From NCBI GenBank assembly GCA_964016885.1, contig OZ024741.1, positions 151,652,001 through 151,716,000 of the forward strand: a stretch of 64,000 nt of DNA, read 5' to 3'. How positions within the stretch are numbered: position 1 is the first letter of the stretch; every line of letters begins with the position of its first letter. The position numbers and the translations under genes are program-made. The notes beneath the pieces were generated by a model that ran no database searches, was not told the origin of the DNA, and saw nothing but the letters and a program-made list of their open reading frames with translations. This document shows, piece by piece, positions 1 to 15,554 of the stretch. This DNA is from Eledone cirrhosa. Lineage: Eukaryota.

Positions 1-789
1 GATACAGTCTCCAGTTCTCCCATCAACACTTCTGTCTCCTTCACTGTGTTTACCACAAGACCTATGTCGTGGGAAATTCAGCATTTGATATCTTTTTAAC
101 TTTAACTCTTTTGTTCTGAGCCGATGCTACTGTAAATCCTGAATCCTGGTGTTTCTCGCGTGCAAGGCGCATACAATAGTCCACTGCGATGATGAAAAGG
201 TAGGGAGCCAATGTAAAGACCTGAAGATCCGTCTCTTCTTCGCTACAATGTGTAGAAAATATCCGTAGGTGTGAGAAAGGAAGAAAGAAAACTGTTCACT
301 CAAGTAAGAGAGTGATATATTATATTATTTATTTATGTTCATACGCGGAACAAAAGCGCTACCTATATTGACTATATCTCCATATTATAAGAGGAATCAA
401 AATTTTGACCTAATCTTCAGGTGCTTAAACGAGTTTTGAAGATACAGTTAAAAGTATAGAGCTAAAACGCTAGTATACGAAACACGTATTATAACAAATT
501 GAAATAACTCAAAGATGTAAATTTGTAATAGCGAAGTTGTTGCACACTTGTTAATATTCGCGCTCTATAGCAGATGTATGGTATTATGTGCTGGTATGAA
601 ATATAAGGAGAGTAATATTTATTAATGTATGGAACAGATATTAAGAAAGCATATAAATCAAATGAAGGTGGTTGAAAATCAGTTGAATTCGTTGAGTATT
701 TATATGAGTATTTATATACTTTCTTTTCTTTTTCCTTTTTCCACACTTACATAATACAGTACATTCTACTCCATACCTTAATAAATACT

Positions 790-1200
790 ACATACATTAG
801 TCTTTACGTTAAGGGAAAAGGGGGTGCGAACCAAATAACTCTTCTTTTGGGATTGATTGGGTGTGTGCTTAAATTTGTCCTTAAAAGCGCTATCTAGGAG
901 GGCTTGGTTCTAACATGGCGCGGCCTTATCGAAGATCTCCCTGATTGCTGATAGATTTGAGATCCTATGACTAATATTTGAAACTAGATTTTTAAAAACT
1001 CGATTGGTGGTGGGGTTCTGATATTTAATTATCATATTTCAATTTTTCGTTGGGTTTATGCTATGGTTTATACGAAGCAGTACTTAAGTCTAAGTTGACA
1101 TTAAGGAAATTTGCATTATTAAGGTTCACATCGACTGTAAATGTAAGTCCTAATGTGCGAAAAGTGTAAATTAAATCTTCTCGGAATTTCCGTATAGTGT
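790..1200 (-). mobile_element. Decayed Penelope-like element fragment (RT C-terminus/linker)
   Basis: Minus-strand translation gives TFRTLGLTFTVDVNL, ANFLNVNLDL, SYKP*HKPNEKLKY and RVIWFAPPF, which match the Penelope peptides of the 3140-3637 ORFs. Confidence 0.75.
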
Positions 1201-1475
1201 GGCCGTTTAATCGCACACACTAGTATACACAAATATATATATGAGTAAAAATGAAAGAAAGAGGCAATCAGCCTATAATGTGTAAGTTGAAAATATTTAT
1301 ATTAACGGTTTGGCTTTATGAAAGCCAAACTCACCGGTTTTATTGACGTAACCATATATATCGTTTCTGATGCTTTTAAATAAGCGAATTTCATATCTTT
1401 GAAGCAGCTGATAATGCATAAATAATATAAACTGTTTGTATATATATATATATATATAGTCAAATACAGAAACGC

Positions 1476-1635
<160 letters not shown>

Positions 1636-2082
1636 GCTGCAACTTTATTTCCAGTAATGCCATCGCTTGATACTTAAGCATGAGCAATTGTCTATGGTCA
1701 GCAATACCATGCATCATAAAAAATGTCACATATTAAGCGATGCATGTGCTTAAAGCTTTTCCTCACTTAAAAACGCTTTACCCCTCAACATTTGTTATAA
1801 ATAAGCAAATCAGAGTATCAAACATACAATAACATCATATTAAATACAAGTGACTGAATATACACGTGCATTTTCTCAGAAAAGTGTTTTCTCTCCCTTC
1901 CCCTCCCTTCTCTCTATCTTTCTATTATATCTTTTATTTCTCGTTTACTCTTCTGGTGATGCACTATTGTCCGAAGCGTTAAAACTCTTTTCCTACTACA
2001 TCAAGCGTTGAACTAATATATTTCTTCAGTGTACTATGTATTTTGCTTTTTTATTTCTATTTACGTTTTACATATATATTAT

Positions 2083-2266
2083 TTGGCAGTATCGGTAGAT
2101 GGTCGGACGCCATGCTTCCCAGCATAGTTACGTCCCTTTGCGGTCTGAGTTCAAATCCCGCCGAGGTTAACTTTGTCTTTCATCCTTACGGGGTCGATAA
2201 AATAAAGTACCAGTAATGTACTGGGTAATTGATGGCCTTGTGCCAAAAGTAGAAACAATTATTATT
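2083..2266 (+). mobile_element. tRNA-derived SINE, family A
   Basis: A-box-like TGGCAGTATCGG, B-box GTTCAAATCC, core CTTTCATCCTTACGGGGTCGATAAAATAAAGTACCAG and (TTA)n tail; about ten copies in the window. Confidence 0.85.
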
Positions 2267-2291
2267 ATATATATATATAAACACGCATCTC

Positions 2292-2418
<127 letters not shown>

Positions 2419-2949
2419 TATGTGTATGTGTGCGTGTTTGTGTGCGCGCGTGTTTGTGTGTGTGTGTGTGTGTGTGTTGCCAGAGAGAAGTGAGATACAA
2501 GCAAAGAATCAGAGATAAAGAACATACAAAGAGGGAGAGTGTGTAAATATGGACATACATTCTGGAGACTGGTTAATGGACAGATAGTCAAAGCCAGTGA
2601 CAGTTAGCGTGACTGGAAAGACAGCAAACAGTGAAACAAATAAAATCCGAAGATTATATTAACCACATCTGACGTCAACACACTTAAATCACACAGAGTT
2701 TCTTATTCAGTAAGTCAACAAAAGACAACACCTGAGTTCACCTTTATTATATTTGGCCATTGATTCACGACCAAAATCGTAACATCTCTTTGTCAGAGTA
2801 ATATACATACATAAATACATATCTGTTATCAGTATATCGAAACCACTGTCCCCCAACAGAGGGAGGGAAATTGTTACCCACAAAACACACACACATACAC
2901 ACACACACCATCATGTATATATATATAAGAACTCGACTTGATTTACCAC

Positions 2950-4250
2950 GCACGAAAGACGTTCTTATTCGACAATGCTTGGGTAAAAAGATTCCGAACC
3001 AAGGGATTCACTCGACGTCTCGAAGGGGTCACACAACAGCGTAGATACATGTAATCTTGTTGGATTATACATCCTCCATACGCTTAAGTAGAAATTCACC
3101 GACGACACCATCGGTCTATACCGCGAAGACGGACTTTCTTTGGCTCACGACCGCAATGGGCAGGATAAAGATAAGTTCCGTAAAGACCTGATAAATACCT
3201 TTCGCAACCTAGGCCTTAAAATAACAGTCGACACCAACATCACTAGCTCAAACTTTCTCGACGTCAACCTAGACTTACAAACAGGTACATATAAACCATA
3301 TCACAAACGGAACGAGAGACTGAAGTACATCAACAAAGGATCATGCCACCCACTCACGGTTTAAAAAAATCTAGTTCCTAACGTTAGCTGCAGAACCTAT
3401 CCTCCAGGAGAGCGAGTTTTGAAAATGCAGCGACGAGATAGGAGAATTAAAGAACAGATCAAATACATTCTTAATAATCACCCACCTAGAAATAATAATA
3501 GAAGAAAAATAATTTGGTTCGCGTCTCCTTTCTCACTAAATGTAAAAACTAATGCAGGTAAGAATTTCTTAGACCTTATAGATAAGCCCTATACCCCTGG
3601 ATATAGATACATTAAGATCTTCAATCAACGTTCGTGAGAATTTTCTATTCTTGCACCCCATCCATGAAATTGAAAATAACTGTAAAGAACAAAACACATG
3701 GACACCCAGGTTGCTCTTGTAGGAAAAAAGACCACTGTCCATTACAGCAAAGCTGTAATGCTAATTCCATAATTTACGAAGCTGGAATCAAACACCCAAG
3801 ACCCGCGAAAAATATGTAGGTATGGTCCAGAAGCGATTTAGACAAAGTTTCTAAGTGTCTTTCTTTATTCAGACATGAAAACCACCACAGCACTGGCAAT
3901 AAGGGTCTGGCAGGTAAAAGAAAATTGAATACCCATGTGATCATGGAAAGTGCTCGAAAATTCAGCACCATATAAAACCGGAACAAAAATGCTCGCTCTG
4001 TCTAAGTGAGAAATCCAGGATCTTAGAGGGTACATAGTTGCCGGATATTTACCTAATCTGAAAGACGGAAATAATCAGGTCATGTTTGCATCAAATGGCT
4101 CAATTTTTATCAAGCTGGAAGCATGACACCATCTCACCGGACCTCCTGAACACACCGTGACACTACCTAACTCTAGTACTCCTCAAAAAGCGTACTGCAC
4201 ACATTCATACCTTGCCCTGATGACCAGGTTAAGCACACGCAAACAATTTT
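2950..4250 (+). mobile_element. Penelope-like retroelement, 5'-truncated and frameshifted (RT thumb, Cys linker, GIY-YIG region)
   Basis: ORFs 3140-3364 (NFLDVNLDL..YKPYHK..KYINKGSCHP), 3419-3637 (KIIWFASPFS..KTN.GK.FL.LIDK), 3634-3819 (CSCRKKDHCPL...IIYEA) and CSLCLSEK near 3990. A decayed CTGATGA motif lies at about 4217. Confidence 0.85.
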
Positions 4251-4560
4251 TAGGTCTCATTTTCTTGACTCCTCCTCAAAAGCAGTGTCACCCTAAAAGG
4301 GGCTGCTTTGTTGTGAAAGAAGGACGTAAATCTAACAATTGTTCGTTTGTGTTGACGGAGACGACCATCTACCTTTCACTAATTATGTACAAAGTTCAAA
4401 GGTCGTTGATGAAGTAACGATGCATTCCTCTATTCGTGTTATGCAACTATGTGCATTTTCTGCTGATATAGCATTCATATATATCCACGCCAAAACAGAC
4501 CTATATCGATTCACACAAACACACATACACATACACACACACATACATACACATATACAG

Positions 4561-4654
<94 letters not shown>

Positions 4655-5559
4655 CTCTGTGTGTGTTTGCATGTATCGTACGTATGTATGTATGTAAGTA
4701 TATGTGTATGTGTTTATATATACGTGTATGAGTCTGGGTGTTCTATTTGCGTTGTGTTAGTTTTTTGTTCAGTATTTTTTCGTATATGAATATATGTATG
4801 CCTTTGTGTAGAATCGGCCATATTCGCTTGGCACAATATCCGTTGAAATGTGAAAATCATGCCAAGCAGCCAAATAATGACGGATATCGAACAGAATTTC
4901 TCTAAGTTAGAGAAACCAATAGATCCACTTGACATTAGTGAGACGTATCAAAAATTTCAGTGTTTTACTAACCTTCTCTTACATTGCTGCAATCATAGTA
5001 TTATTGTATGTACAAATATATGCGTGAGAGTGTGTGATTCTGTCTATCTACATATACGCATCTACTTTGTAAGTATTTTCTGTTTTTGTCTGTATATAAT
5101 TTTATTTGCATGTATATGTATATCTGCGTGTGCATATATTTGTATATATATACACATACATACAAATTTCGAAATGGTAAAAGGTTCACCATAGGAAGAG
5201 GATCTTTACTTAAGTACTGAGTACGAATTTGAATAGTAGTCGTACTGTTCTTAACTATTTATATCTTATCGATTTAAATATATACAAATGTCTGCATGCG
5301 TCTATGTTTTTGTTTCATATTTAGGTCCTTAACTTAGCGGATGGACAAAAAGCAATCGATAAATTAGGAACAAGTCTTAAAAGATTGAAATGTGGGTCTT
5401 TATGATTGACTAAATTTATATAAAGTTATCCGCTTGAATGGCTTGTATCTAATGACTTAAACCAATAAAAGAATAAACGCATACACACACACTTGCACAC
5501 ACATATACACATTCACACACACATATCACATATATGTATATAAAATGGCACAAACACCT

Positions 5560-5865
5560 TTCGTTCAAGAATAACCATGGTTTTGCACCTAGAAACTTCG
5601 CTTCCTAAGCACAAACCCAGCAAACTGTTTTTGTGGAAGACCAGAAGGTGCCATGTATATCTGTCTCCCCTCTTCATCCACCGACTTTGCTCCGATATGG
5701 CATGGCACCAACGCAACTCATTTATTCCAACTAAGTAAACTAGTGCAACGTGAAATAAAGTGTTTTGCTCATGAACACAACACACCACCCGGCCCTGGAT
5801 TCGACATCACAGACTAACGATTGTGAGCAAAATACTTTGACTTAGCCACGCACCTTCACAGCCAC
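5560..5865 (-). mobile_element. SINE family B (CORE-like TGTGTTCATGAGCAAAACACTTTATTTCAC)
   Basis: Minus strand shows B-box-like GTCGAATCC followed by the core; a decayed + copy lies at about 6580-6750. Confidence 0.55.
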
Positions 5866-6037
5866 ACACACGCACACATATATTTATATTATATAATCAT
5901 CGAGTAATTCACATATTGTGTGACGAAAGAACTTTGATAAACAAATGAATAACGAACAATAAAGATACAGTGAAAATCATATGGTGCGAGTGTTTCTTTC
6001 AATTGGAAATATTGGCAACATGACCATCCCCAAGTAT

Positions 6038-6132
<95 letters not shown>

Positions 6133-6579
6133 GGTATATATATATATATATATATATACCATAATGCGCAAACTTGCATGCTAGCAAGCTGGCTGACAAC
6201 GCAATGATGCAGCTGTCCGTTTGTCCTATGTAACTGTGCATTTTCTGCTGAAATGTTTAAACCGCCAATTGTTTTAAATTTAACATGAACAAATCCGCAC
6301 CTCTCCAGCATTATACACGAACTCAAGCAAATGCAATAATAGCCGATCCCACAGAAATACTTTTATATCAGAGGCTTGTCAACGGGGAACTCAATCTACA
6401 TGGCATCAAGGTATAACTTACATATGCTTAACTACGACCCCCAAGATCTTTAACTTGGACTTGAACAAATCTACAACAATCCAATGTTACCAATAAACTC
6501 ACGCAAACGCAATCCATAAACCTATATTCGACCCCACTCAGCAGAACCTTACCGCACACATTTCACGTTCTAATTGAGA

Positions 6580-6750
6580 ATACGTTGAGCTTGCGTTTGT
6601 AATTTTGTCGATTCGATTCCTGGATCAAATTGTGTTTTGTTTCTTCAGCAAAACGCTTCATTTCACATAGCTCCTATATACTTAACTGAAAATGAATAAC
6701 AGCGATTGCTGGGCTTTAGCCATCACATTGACTAGCATCTTATCCAGTGG
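6580..6750 (+). mobile_element. Decayed SINE family B copy
   Basis: GATTCGATTCCTGG...TTCTTCAGCAAAACGCTTCATTTCAC resembles the reverse complement of the 5560-5865 copy. Confidence 0.45.
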
Positions 6751-7455
6751 GAATGGGGGGGGGGATATTGTAACTCTTAGATATTTTCTAAGATTTAAAG
6801 ATACATTGTTTCAAAAAGTGAAAAAATGATTTAAAGAAATCTGATATTAGTGCCGTTCCTTCGGACTAATATAAATTCTAGTGTATGTATTTTTAAAGAA
6901 ATGTTATTTAAATACAGGATGTATCGTAATTCAAGATCCATAGGCTCATTATTTCAAAACAGGACATTCCTTTACCCACGGTCTCTTTGAAAGTAAGGTG
7001 AAACGATTTAAAGAAACTTCTTATCAATACTTGACGTTGTTTAACGGTCCACTAAAACAGGGAAACGATTTGAAAAAACTTTATTGCAATATCGGACGTA
7101 TGTAATCCAGGATTTAAAGAAACATGACCTCGAAACAGTGGAGTTTGGCTAGAGAGAAAACCTTGATGTCTGGCTAGCAGCAGGATTTATGGAATGGACG
7201 CTTGGAAAGGATATGGGCACCACAAACACTCTAAGGCCGATTACAATGCAATAAAAAAAACAGGTAATAAAAGGTCTATAGTGATACCCCAATGATTGGC
7301 TGAACCAGTTGCGGGAACTTGATTGATTGATGTACATATGAAGATATACATACTTCGATTTTGTATTTGTTTGGCAAGATTTCTTATTTGGACACGTGTG
7401 TTGAAACAGATATTGTTATACTTTGTTGTCTATCTTTGTTGAATTTTGCCTATAC

Positions 7456-7551
<96 letters not shown>

Positions 7552-7552
7552 G

Positions 7553-7614
<62 letters not shown>

Positions 7615-7621
7615 TATATTT

Positions 7622-7661
<40 letters not shown>

Positions 7662-7662
7662 T

Positions 7663-7955
7663 ACGGTATTTTTCAGAATATAGGACGTGTTTTCTTTTCC
7701 AAAATTTGACCGTCAAATTCACTGTGCGTATTATAAAGCGAAAGTCAGTTTTGGGGTAATTACCTACGTAAAAATTTATAATTTAAAAGTAGGAAATATT
7801 TAGACTTTCGTTTAAATATTTGAAAGAATAGCTACTTTAAAAAAAAAAGATTAATCAGAACAGAAAGAAATTGGTAAATAATCTTATTATTTTTATTATG
7901 CATTTTTCTTGTTTGGTACCATCTTCGTGCTCAGAATACTCTAAGGAGGGTAACG
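7663..7955 (+). mobile_element. pogo/Tc1-mariner-type MITE, 5' part
   Basis: Starts TA-CGGTATTTTTCAGAATATAGGAC, which is the inverse of the terminus at 15357-15380; body matches 14880-15145. Confidence 0.7.
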
Positions 7956-7964
7956 AACTTAAAC

Positions 7965-8168
7965 ATATTATTGTGTGTGTATACATATGTATGTTTTCGT
8001 ATGTTATAGCTTTCCCTTGAAACAGCAAAATATTTTTCAATACAGATTGTAGACTATGTTATTTATGTAATCTGAGTTTCTGTTGCACTTTACTTGATGC
8101 TCGATCTACTGTCATCTGTGAGTGACATAAAACGCTCCTCGAGTCATTATGAATTTTCTATGTGCGTG

Positions 8169-8239
<71 letters not shown>

Positions 8240-8675
8240 ACATCTATCTATCTATCCATTTATCTAACAATCTAAATTTCTATGTTTATATATAAATATA
8301 AATATACTTAGGCAGGGTCATGCTGCCAATAACACACACGCACCTATTGGTTTTCACTTCAATTTATTCCAGATTTCTGGTTGGTAGGTTCAATAACCGG
8401 ATGGTTCTTTCTTTATTGTTAAAAAACTTTCGTCACACATTCTGCGACCTCCTCGGTGACTGATTTGTTATTTTTTTTATTTTGTACATGAATATTATTG
8501 GACAGAATAAAGGAGAGACAGAAAATAACAAATCAAGAGGTCATAGAAGGTGTGATGAAAGAGTTTTGACAATAAGTAAACAACCATCTGGTTATTGAAC
8601 CAACCAAACGGAAATTAGTAATAAATTGAAGTGAAAACGTGTGTTTTTATTGGCAGCATGACCGACCGTCCCTAA

Positions 8676-8769
<94 letters not shown>

Positions 8770-8817
8770 AAACATAGAAATTTAGATTGTTAGATAGATG
8801 GATAGATAGATAGATGT

Positions 8818-8914
<97 letters not shown>

Positions 8915-9115
8915 CGTACATAGAAAATGCATAATGACTCGAGGAGCGTTTTATGTCACTCACAGATGACAGTAGATCGAGCATCAAGTAAAGTGCAACA
9001 GAAACTCAGATTACATAAATAACATAGTCTACAACCTGTATTGAAAAATATTTTGCTGTTTCAAGGGAAAGCTATAACATACGAAGACATACATATGTAT
9101 ACACACACACAATAG
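7965..9115. repeat. About 1.15-kb imperfect palindrome (foldback) centred near 8495
   Basis: 7965-8170 is the reverse complement of 8915-9115, (TATC)n faces (GATA)n, and 8250-8475 mirrors 8520-8805. Confidence 0.9.
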
Positions 9116-9231
<116 letters not shown>

Positions 9232-9333
9232 CATATATATATGTATATACATACATATATATATATATAGGTATGTCTATATATATAAATATATATATAT
9301 ATAGAGAGAGAGAGACAGAGAAAGAGACATACA

Positions 9334-9393
<60 letters not shown>

Positions 9394-9757
9394 GTGTGTG
9401 TATGTATATACATACATATATAAATATATATATATATATATACATGAATGTGTGTGTATGTCTGTGTGTGTCTGTGAGTTTCTACATGCGTATACTGACT
9501 TCTCTAGAAAGCAAGGGATACAAAGGAATCATATGGTTTATAAGATTATGTTTGAGGTTAAAGTCATTATTTTCGCCGCCAAATTTGAACGTCAACGTAA
9601 TTTCCAAACCTCCTAGTTGACATTGAGGTCAAATATCCAGTAACTATTACTTGAGAGATTATGTTTGATTTACATACATCTATAAATAATATATTAACTC
9701 TGTCTGCAAGTGCATACGCACAAATGCACATAAAGATATACACAAACACAATCACAG

Positions 9758-9790
<33 letters not shown>

Positions 9791-9838
9791 GTAATAATAA
9801 CAATAATAATAATAATAATAATGATATATATATTAATA

Positions 9839-9964
<126 letters not shown>

Positions 9965-10002
9965 TGTGTTTTTCTTCCAAATAATCGTCTCTTTCTCCCT
10001 GT

Positions 10003-10042
<40 letters not shown>

Positions 10043-10236
10043 TACATAATATTCAACCACGAATACAAACATATGTATATATGTATGTATACTTGAGTGC
10101 TGTCTGTCTGTTTATTTGCATATATATGTATATTGATATATACATATCAACCTCATGCAAAGGTACATAATTAAGTATGCATTAATACATACACACATGC
10201 AAATATAATTACATATATACGTACATATATAAATAT

Positions 10237-10307
<71 letters not shown>

Positions 10308-10414
10308 TATATATATAGGAACGAGTAGGACCCTAAGTATTGAGTACTTTGGTGCGTTATGGTCAACCTGGTTCCTTACCACATTTCCTTCGTTATATAT
10401 ATATATATGTATAT

Positions 10415-10880
10415 ATTTCGTTTCTGAATTTGTTTAGCAAGATTCTTTATCTGAAATCCTGTGTTGAAACCGATATTGTTATACTTTGGGAGGGTCATGT
10501 TGCCAATAAGAAACACACGCACCATTTGCTTTCACTTCATTTTATTATAATAAATTTATAAATTTAGGAATTTATAAATTTCCGGTTGATTGGTTGGTTC
10601 CACAACCAGATGGTTGTTTATATATTGTCAAAGTTCTTTCGTCACACATTCTGTGACCTCTTCAGTGACTGGGGATTCTTTTCTTTGTTTTTGTGCCTCT
10701 CCTTTGTTCTCGCCTACGCCATCTTGTTTCAGTGTGTGACAATATATAAACAACCATCTGGTTGTGGAACCAACCAACCAACCGGAAATTTATAAATTTA
10801 TTATAATAAATTGAAGTGAAAGCAACTGGTGCGTGTGTTTCTTATTGGCAACATGACCCTCCCAAAGTATAACAATATAT
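10415..10880. mobile_element. Short element (family Z) with about 160-bp inverted arms around a hammerhead-bearing spacer; probably Penelope pLTR-derived
   Basis: 10473-10630 is the reverse complement of 10737-10878. Related pieces lie at 5895-6045, 7355-7450, 8305-8680, 11810-11845 and 16330-16505. Confidence 0.75.
10627..10669 (-). ncRNA. Minimal type I hammerhead ribozyme motif
   Basis: Minus strand: GTCA CTGAAGA G GTCACA gaatg TGTGAC GAAA GAAC TT TGAC. Stems I and II pair, stem III is the short near-palindrome AGAACT, and there is one extra G before stem II. Confidence 0.7.
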
Positions 10881-11072
10881 GTATATACACACACATATAT
10901 ATATATGCATAAATATATATTTGTACATACATGCATGCACACTCACATATATGCATACATACATACAAATATACATTGTATGCATATATATTCCTATATA
11001 CACACATACACACATACACACATATATATATATGTTTGTATATGTATATATATGTATGCATATATGCAAGAG

Positions 11073-11111
<39 letters not shown>

Positions 11112-11175
11112 GAATGTATGTATGTATGTATGTATGTATGTATAAATATATATATATATAAATTATATAATTTAT

Positions 11176-11281
<106 letters not shown>

Positions 11282-11539
11282 CCTCATAAATAGGAAAATC
11301 CATAAACCTATTTTGACATTCTTTATTTTTTTTTTACACTAAACAAATCGTAAATATTAATGAATCATTCATTTCATATTTTTATTGTTAAGCTTAAATG
11401 TAGTTGTTTCATATGACTCCGCCGTGCTTTTATGGCTCAAACTGGCCGCCATTATAATCTGTAAAGTTTGCATTTGACAGTAAGTTCACATAACTAGAAT
11501 AAATAACACATCGCTACGCAAGTTTGGATTTATATTCAG

Positions 11540-11580
<41 letters not shown>

Positions 11581-11860
11581 ATTCGAAGTAGTTTCAGATG
11601 CTAAAGTCCATATATATGCTTTAATCATGAAATAAAATGTTTGCTGTTATTTTTCTGTTTCTCACTTTCAGTTATCTTTCTATTTATTTTCCTATCTTTC
11701 ATTCTAACATCGGGTGAAGCACACACCCCCTCTCACGAAACATTAGAAACCTTACATACTATATCAAATTGTTAAATTAATATATTTCAACCTTTAAGCA
11801 TTAAAATAGTATTCTGTTGTCTTTCTTTGTTGAATTTTGCCTATTTATACATACATAAAT

Positions 11861-11904
<44 letters not shown>

Positions 11905-11907
<3 letters not shown>

Positions 11908-12262
11908 CTTCCTCTCATTCCTCGGGTCATCGCTATTTTCAGAATCCCTTACCCTCTTTAGAGTATTCTGAGCCGTATGTGCACGAAATTGGTACCAAAA
12001 CAAGAAAAATGCATAATAAAAATAATAAGATTATTTAACAATTTCTTTCTGTTCTGATTAATCTTTTTTTTTTAAAGTAGCTATACTTTCAAATATTTAA
12101 ACGAAAGTCTAAATATTTCCTACTTTTAAATTATAAATTTTTACGTACGGTAATTACCCCAAATCTGACCTTCGCTTTATAAGACGCACAGTGAATTTGA
12201 GGGTCAAATTTTGGCAAAGAAAACACGGTACCTATATATACATATAGAAACGAAAATATGGT
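11905..12262 (-). mobile_element. pogo-type MITE copy, inverted relative to 14851-15196
   Basis: Near-identical reverse complement of 14848-15196. Confidence 0.75.
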
Positions 12263-12417
12263 AGCTATTTATATATATATATATATACATATATATACAT
12301 ATATATATAATTGGAGGCTTAGTAAAATAGAATCTTTGGCAGTGTGCAAGCAAATTCGACCTACGATATGAATGAGTTAGCAAAGCATTCGACAAGGTAG
12401 GTCCTTAGAGTAATAAC

Positions 12418-12598
12418 TGTTTCTACTTTAGGCACAAGGCCAGCAATTACCCAGTGCATTACTGGTACTTTATTTTATCGACCCCGTCAGGATGAAAGGC
12501 AAAGTCAACCTCGGCGGGATTTGAACTCAGATCGTAAAGGGACGTAACTATGCTGGAAAGCATGGTGTCTGACCCTCTACCGATACTGCCAATCCACC
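12418..12598 (-). mobile_element. SINE family A with 10-bp target-site duplication GAGTAATAAC
   Basis: The duplication is at 12408-12417 and 12599-12608; an empty-site paralog lies at about 30310-30495. Confidence 0.9.
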
Positions 12599-12748
12599 GA
12601 GTAATAACATACGTCTAAATAGCTTGACAAATTGAACATTGTGGTAGGCAAAATCTAACACACAATACCAAAGTAACGAAAGAACTGACAGGTTGAAAAA
12701 AAAATATATATATATATATATGTATAGGTATGTATGTATGTATGTATG

Positions 12749-13260
<512 letters not shown>

Positions 13261-13798
13261 CCTCGGCTGCGATTGTCTGTTTCTCTCTTTCTCTCTTACT
13301 GCTCCCCCGTTCTCTCTGTTTCTCTCACCTTCTTTCGCCCCCTCTGTCAGTTACACTTTCTCTCGACTGACCTCTTCCTCGCACTTCCACTCACTCACTC
13401 GCTGTTTATCCCCTTCTCACTTCCTCCCGTTCGTTAGCAGTGGGGTTCTTTCTTTCTCACATCTCATTCACGTCGGACTGTCTGTATTGTGACCGCTCAT
13501 GAAATTCACCCAGTTTATGCTGACCGGATAACCATGTTGCTTGCTTTTTTCCTATCTTCGGTTTGCTTTTCCTTCTATGTTGTTTATTTGTCTCACTCGC
13601 TTTACGCGATTCACTTATCCCAATAGCTTTTTTTAGTTATTGCTCGCACCAACCTGAGGTATATGATTTTTAATGCGATGAAATACCATTGATGGTTGGC
13701 AATTCACTGATGAGGGACTAATTTTATAATATGTAACCCATATGCAACCACGCAATATTCCTCTTTCTTCCCATGTTTTATATATATATATATATATT

Positions 13799-13932
<134 letters not shown>

Positions 13933-14105
13933 TACATATATATATATATAAGCAAAATGTATGGTAGGTCGTATGTGAATTGCGATGATCACGTCTGACC
14001 TACCAAATATGCGACGGTAGCTAGTTAAGCTCTATGCGTATAAGCAGAGCAGAAATATTAATGAAAAAGAACAAAGGAACTATTATGACATTATAACAAG
14101 TTTAT

Positions 14106-14152
14106 TGCCGACAGCCGTTTCGTCCGACCATATGGTGGGTCTTTTCAAGGCA
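14106..14152 (-). ncRNA. Minimal type I hammerhead motif, U3-A8 core variant
   Basis: Minus strand: TGCC TTGAAAA GACCCACC atat GGTCGGAC GAAAC ggct GTC GGCA, with an AATAAA overlapping the end of stem I. Confidence 0.7.
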
Positions 14153-14811
14153 TATAACATGTGATTGTAAGTTCATTATTTACATCAACGTATCAGTTAA
14201 GACTAACAGTTTGAAATTGTGGTATACATCAGCAGCTCCGCTTGTATATTTGGGGTCTATATTCTAAGGGGGCTCTTTTATATTAGTTGTCGGAATTGTA
14301 AAAGGGATGGGTTATGGGGAGTTAAGAGAATTTGAAAATGGCCTAATATTCAGGGATTGAAGGTTAAAAATTAGATAATTTATAATTTACGCATTAAAAG
14401 TAAAAGACTTGGGATCTCGTAGAAGCACCTTAAAAAATCCCTCAATCAGTGCATAAAGCTTACAAGCCCCAATAAAATTAACAAACTAGAGGAGATTAAG
14501 AGACTAATAAAATAAAAAAATAAAGATATAAAGTTTCCCTAAAAAAATATAAAGTTTCCCAAGAAGTTCCTTCGAGAGAAAAAAATGTCTTTCAAAAGAA
14601 ACAAACTTTCTTCCCCAGAGATCTCGTTAAAAAATTTCAGAAAATTTACGAAGTTTTGATAATCCCTACTAAGTTGAAAGAAACTAATCAATTAAAGGTT
14701 AATTCAAAAAGCCTTCAATAAACCCCTCAGAAAAGGCCCCTTTAATATTTTTAATAGGAACCTCGTCCGAGAGACCCTTCGAAGAATTAAAATTTTAGAC
14801 AGCCTTTAAGG

Positions 14812-14846
<35 letters not shown>

Positions 14847-14850
14847 GGTA

Positions 14851-15380
14851 CCGTATTTTCATTTCTATATGTATATATAGGTACCGTGTTTTCTTTTCCA
14901 AAATTTGACCCTCAATTCTCTATGCGTCTTATAAAGTGAAGGTCAGTTTTGGGGTAATTACCGTACGTAAAAATTTATAATTTAAAAGTGGAAATATTTA
15001 GACTTTCGTTTAAATATTTGAAAGTATAGCTACTTTAAAAAAAAAGATTAATCAGAACAGAAAGAAATCTTATTATTTTTATTATGCATTTTTCTTGTTT
15101 GGTACCAATTTCGTGCACATACGGCTCAGAATACTCTAAGGAGGGTAAAGTGACTCTGAAAATAGCGATGACCCGAGGAATGAAAGGAAGATGATGAATT
15201 TTAGGAACTATACGAGGGTGACAGCCAGGAAATCAACGAGGATGGCAGTAATCATGATTTTATAAGATTTGAAAATGATTAAAATTATAATGGCGTTAAT
15301 AATGTTGATTCTCCTTAATTTTATTTTTCTTAGATATTCATGTTAAATTTAGAGTGTGTCTTATATTCCGAAACATACGG
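14851..15380 (+). mobile_element. pogo/Tc1-mariner-type MITE, about 530 bp, flanked by TA
   Basis: TA|CCGTATTTTC ... CTTATATTCCGAAACATACGG|TA gives CCGTA terminal inverted repeats with a TA target duplication; no ORF. Confidence 0.75.
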
Positions 15381-15388
15381 TATGATTT

Positions 15389-15487
<99 letters not shown>

Positions 15488-15554
15488 GCATACATATATA
15501 TGCATAAAGCATAATATATATATATATATATAGCCGTGTAGGTAACACGGTAAA

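Noticed and set aside
2083-2165. tRNA gene suggested by A and B boxes
   Set aside because: No cloverleaf is evident, and the boxes form the head of a multi-copy SINE.
7000-7125. Three GATTT(A/G)AA(G/A)AAAC repeats about 50-60 bp apart, superficially CRISPR-like
   Set aside because: The repeats are short and degenerate, the context is eukaryotic and there are no cas genes.
11440-11490. GGCCGCCATT motif and CAGTAAGT donor as an exon or promoter
   Set aside because: Isolated motifs with no supporting ORF or acceptor.
13700-13760. CTGATGAGGG as a hammerhead core
   Set aside because: No GAAA or stem III follows; the same applies to CTGATGA at about 28751 and 28826.
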